A program made the translations under genes and the position numbers. From Dipteris shenzhenensis (lineage: Eukaryota), in the NCBI GenBank assembly GCA_047967505.1, contig CM106538.1: a DNA stretch of 64,000 nucleotides, one strand, 5' to 3'. Below the pieces are notes generated by a model. It had not been told where the DNA came from. It saw only the letters and a list, made by a program, of their open reading frames with translations, and did not search any database. Below, piece after piece: positions 61,333 through 64,000 of the stretch (position 1 is the first letter of the stretch; the number at the start of each line of letters is the position of its first letter).

Positions 61333-64000
61333 TGTGGGGGTTAAAGGTCACTGTGCCTTTACCCCGTTATGTACAATACTCAAACACATATATAAATGAA
61401 AGAAAAAGAAGATTAGGGTGGTTCTGCACCCTAACAAAACATGTGTGCCTCAGGATCTATGGAGCACTCTAAGGTGGATGGAACCTGTGTGGAAACATGA
61501 TGAAGAGAGTGCTCATGACATGTATCTCAAGTCAATTAGGTTCCAAGATAGATTAGCTTGGACTCATAAAGAGAATCTTGAGATAGTGCAAAGTGCTTGA
61601 TTGATATTACTTCAAATGAACCTCCCTTTTATAGGTGAGGGTACTAACATCCATTTGCTTGCTCACATGTGGGATATCTCCTCCATGCCATGTGGCAGCT
61701 TTCCCTTTACTCATACCTTTGCTCTACATGTGCTCATGGCACCATAACTCTCAACACACCCACCAAAACTTGTGTGGCTCTCTGTTTCTCTCTCTCCCTC
61801 TTCCGTTCTTGCTCCCGTTGAGAGCACTCTCAATTGGTATCAGAGCCCGCATGATCTAGCTGAGCGTGCGTGAATGCTTGAAGCTCAGCAGCTCTGTGGG
61901 AGGAAGGAGAAGCTCTGTGGGAAGCTTTGTGGGTGACTTTACTTGCATCCGAGTGTGTAGAGACTTGGAGGAACCTTTGGAAAAGACACTTTGGTTTTGT
62001 GAAGTGGTTTTGAGAGCGTGTTAAGTGTTTTTAAAGAAAAAGTCGTTTTTTGAGCTTTTCGCTGTTCCGTTCGATGACAAAGACTCCGTATTGACTTGTA
62101 GAGGTAACTATTGCTTGCTTTTGGTGTCCACTTCACTTCAGGAGCTTGGAAACACCTTCATTCTTGAATCTGGGATCATTTCATTGGATTTCTGACTCAC
62201 TGTGTTAGTTTCTGCGTTTTTCTGCCCGGGTGTTGGAACTCAAGTTTGGAGCAACCATTTGCAGATCTGTCAGTTCCAGTGGACTCAGGAGGTCTTAAAA
62301 CTTCTATGTTACTCATCATTCGCACTCCAGTGGAGTTTACAAATAGCTCTATTTCCAAAAACGTTTTTCAGTCTGTGTGTTGGACCCAATGATTGAGACC
62401 ACGGTTTCCAAAACCGTCTGTCCCATTGCATTTCGGACGCCCAAAAACCCCTACTTGTCAATTCTTACACAATTCGGTGGAGAATTTTTAGAGTTATAGA
62501 TCTTTGTGTATACGATTTCGTCTCTCTGTTATGCATTTTTCATTCTAAGGTTTTGAAACCTTAGATTTATGCCACATGGCAATGGATAAGTGTTGACTCC
62601 CATTTCTCACTCATCGGTTGGGATTTTGGAATTCCGGTAGAAGAGAGATATTTGCAGATTTTCTTGCTGAGTCCGATTATGCAATGGCACCCATGTTTTG
62701 AGGCATCTTAGGTTCTAGTTTTAGTAGCGGTCATTACCGTGGGACTATGATTTCTTGAGCATACCTTATGCAGATCACTCTGGTTATAGTTTGAGTAGTG
62801 TGTGCACTCATTCTTGATGTGCATTGGGTTGCAATGGATGATTTATAGGTCATTTGGATACATTGCGGTCCTTATTGGATGCGCTGATAGGCCCAAATTG
62901 CCTTGTGGGATGCTTTTTTTATGGATGCTTTGCACATGGATGCTATTTTATGCTGAGGGACAGCTTTGACACATTGCAGGTGATGCACTGATAGTGCTAT
63001 GCTCTCTTGGATGAGATATTATTAATGCATATTCCAGTGGACGGTGTTTATGCTTGAGTCATTTGGCACTTACTGGCATTTTGGATTGCCATTGCAGTTG
63101 GCATTTTCTTTTGGGCCAGATTTGCTCATATGGATGCATAGTATATGCACATGAGTCAGATGCTTTGAGACATGAGTTTTGGTGATATTTCACTCTATTG
63201 TGGCATACACATTTTGGTGCACCTGGTATTTGGTGTGATTCTCTCTTGTAGGCACTAGCATTTGGGATTTTTGCTTCATTTACATCATGACATCCTCTTC
63301 CATGTCTGAAAAGGAGTTTTTTAGCATTAAAAAGATTCATGGGACAAACTTTTCTTTGTGGAAAGAACAAATAAGGGATGTGCTTATTCAAAAGAAGCAG
63401 ATTAAACCCTTGGCAAGGATTGAAGCTAAGCCTGCAAATATGTCCGAGGATGATTGGAATGAGTTGGATGCATTAGCAAAGTCTACTATTAGACTTCATC
63501 TTGCAGAGTCAGTTTATTTCACAATAGTAAATGAGTGGACTACGGAAGATTTGTGGAAGATATGTGTGCCACTTATGAAAAGGAAACTGCCTCTAATAAA
63601 GTTTACCTCATGAAGAGGTTATTTGAGCTGCATTTGAAGGAAGGGGTCTCCATTGCTTCTCACTTGAATGAATTCAATATTATTTTCAGCCAGCTTCAGG
63701 CTCAAAAGATGAATTTTGATGCGGAGACTAAGGAAATATTTCTCTTATGTTCATTGCCATCCTCATGGGATACCTTCTGTACAACTGTCAGTAACTCTGC
63801 ACCTAGTGGAGCACTGAAATTTGATGATGTTGTGGGTAGCTTGTTGGCCGAGGAGATTAGATGCAAGTCTATGGATGGCAACAAGCACAATGCAGCCTTA
63901 AATGTGCAAAGGGGCAAATCATAATTGAGGGGGAAGTCCCAAGAAAGAGGAAAGTCTCGTAGCAAATCCAGGGCACGGAACATTGAGTGTTACCACTGTG
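61333..64000 (+). mobile_element. second copy of copia family A (5' LTR, PBS, ~1.4 kb leader, gag; runs off right edge)
   Basis: LTR 61333-61832 interrupted by a solo LTR, PBS TGGTATCAGAGCC 61835-61847, leader and gag (ATG 63287, frameshift near 63560) nearly colinear with 15227-17144. Confidence 0.95.
61432..61756 (-). mobile_element. solo LTR of the TR-GAG LTR family, TSD CACCC
   Basis: From ctcaagtcaattagg to ctctcaaca it matches 30678-31009 and 33041-33373; CACCC at 61427-61431 and 61757-61761; removal restores LTR A (tctgcacccaccaaaac). Confidence 0.92.

Overview
Plant nuclear DNA, most likely from a seed-free vascular plant such as a fern (inferred from a tau-class GST in a dense, heavily C>T-eroded retrotransposon landscape). 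Most of the window is nested, decayed transposons: four Ty1/copia gag-pol-derived elements, a pol-collapsed non-autonomous copia, a gag-only (TR-GAG-like) element, three Ty3/gypsy elements and a Tat-like remnant, a LINE fragment and two TIR/MITE-like insertions. There is also a ~8.5 kb minus-strand Helitron2/Helentron-type Rep-Pif1 helicase with a fused AP-endonuclease remnant. The only intact host gene is a two-exon tau glutathione S-transferase (minus strand, 53138-54090, 229 aa) in a CpG-rich island. Most notable observations: (1) the endonuclease-bearing Helitron in a land plant; (2) two insertions of one LTR family into the same TGCACCC(A/T)CC target; (3) a non-autonomous copia with a collapsed but still open RT/RNase H frame nested in its autonomous relative; (4) a gypsy with extra retropepsin-like domains after integrase; (5) a ~3.6 kb antisense ORF upstream of another gypsy gag; (6) a convergent SWIM-finger/Myb-like pair next to an RY-motif minisatellite. 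All calls come from reading and hand-translating the sequence; no searches were run, and boundaries of degraded elements are approximate.
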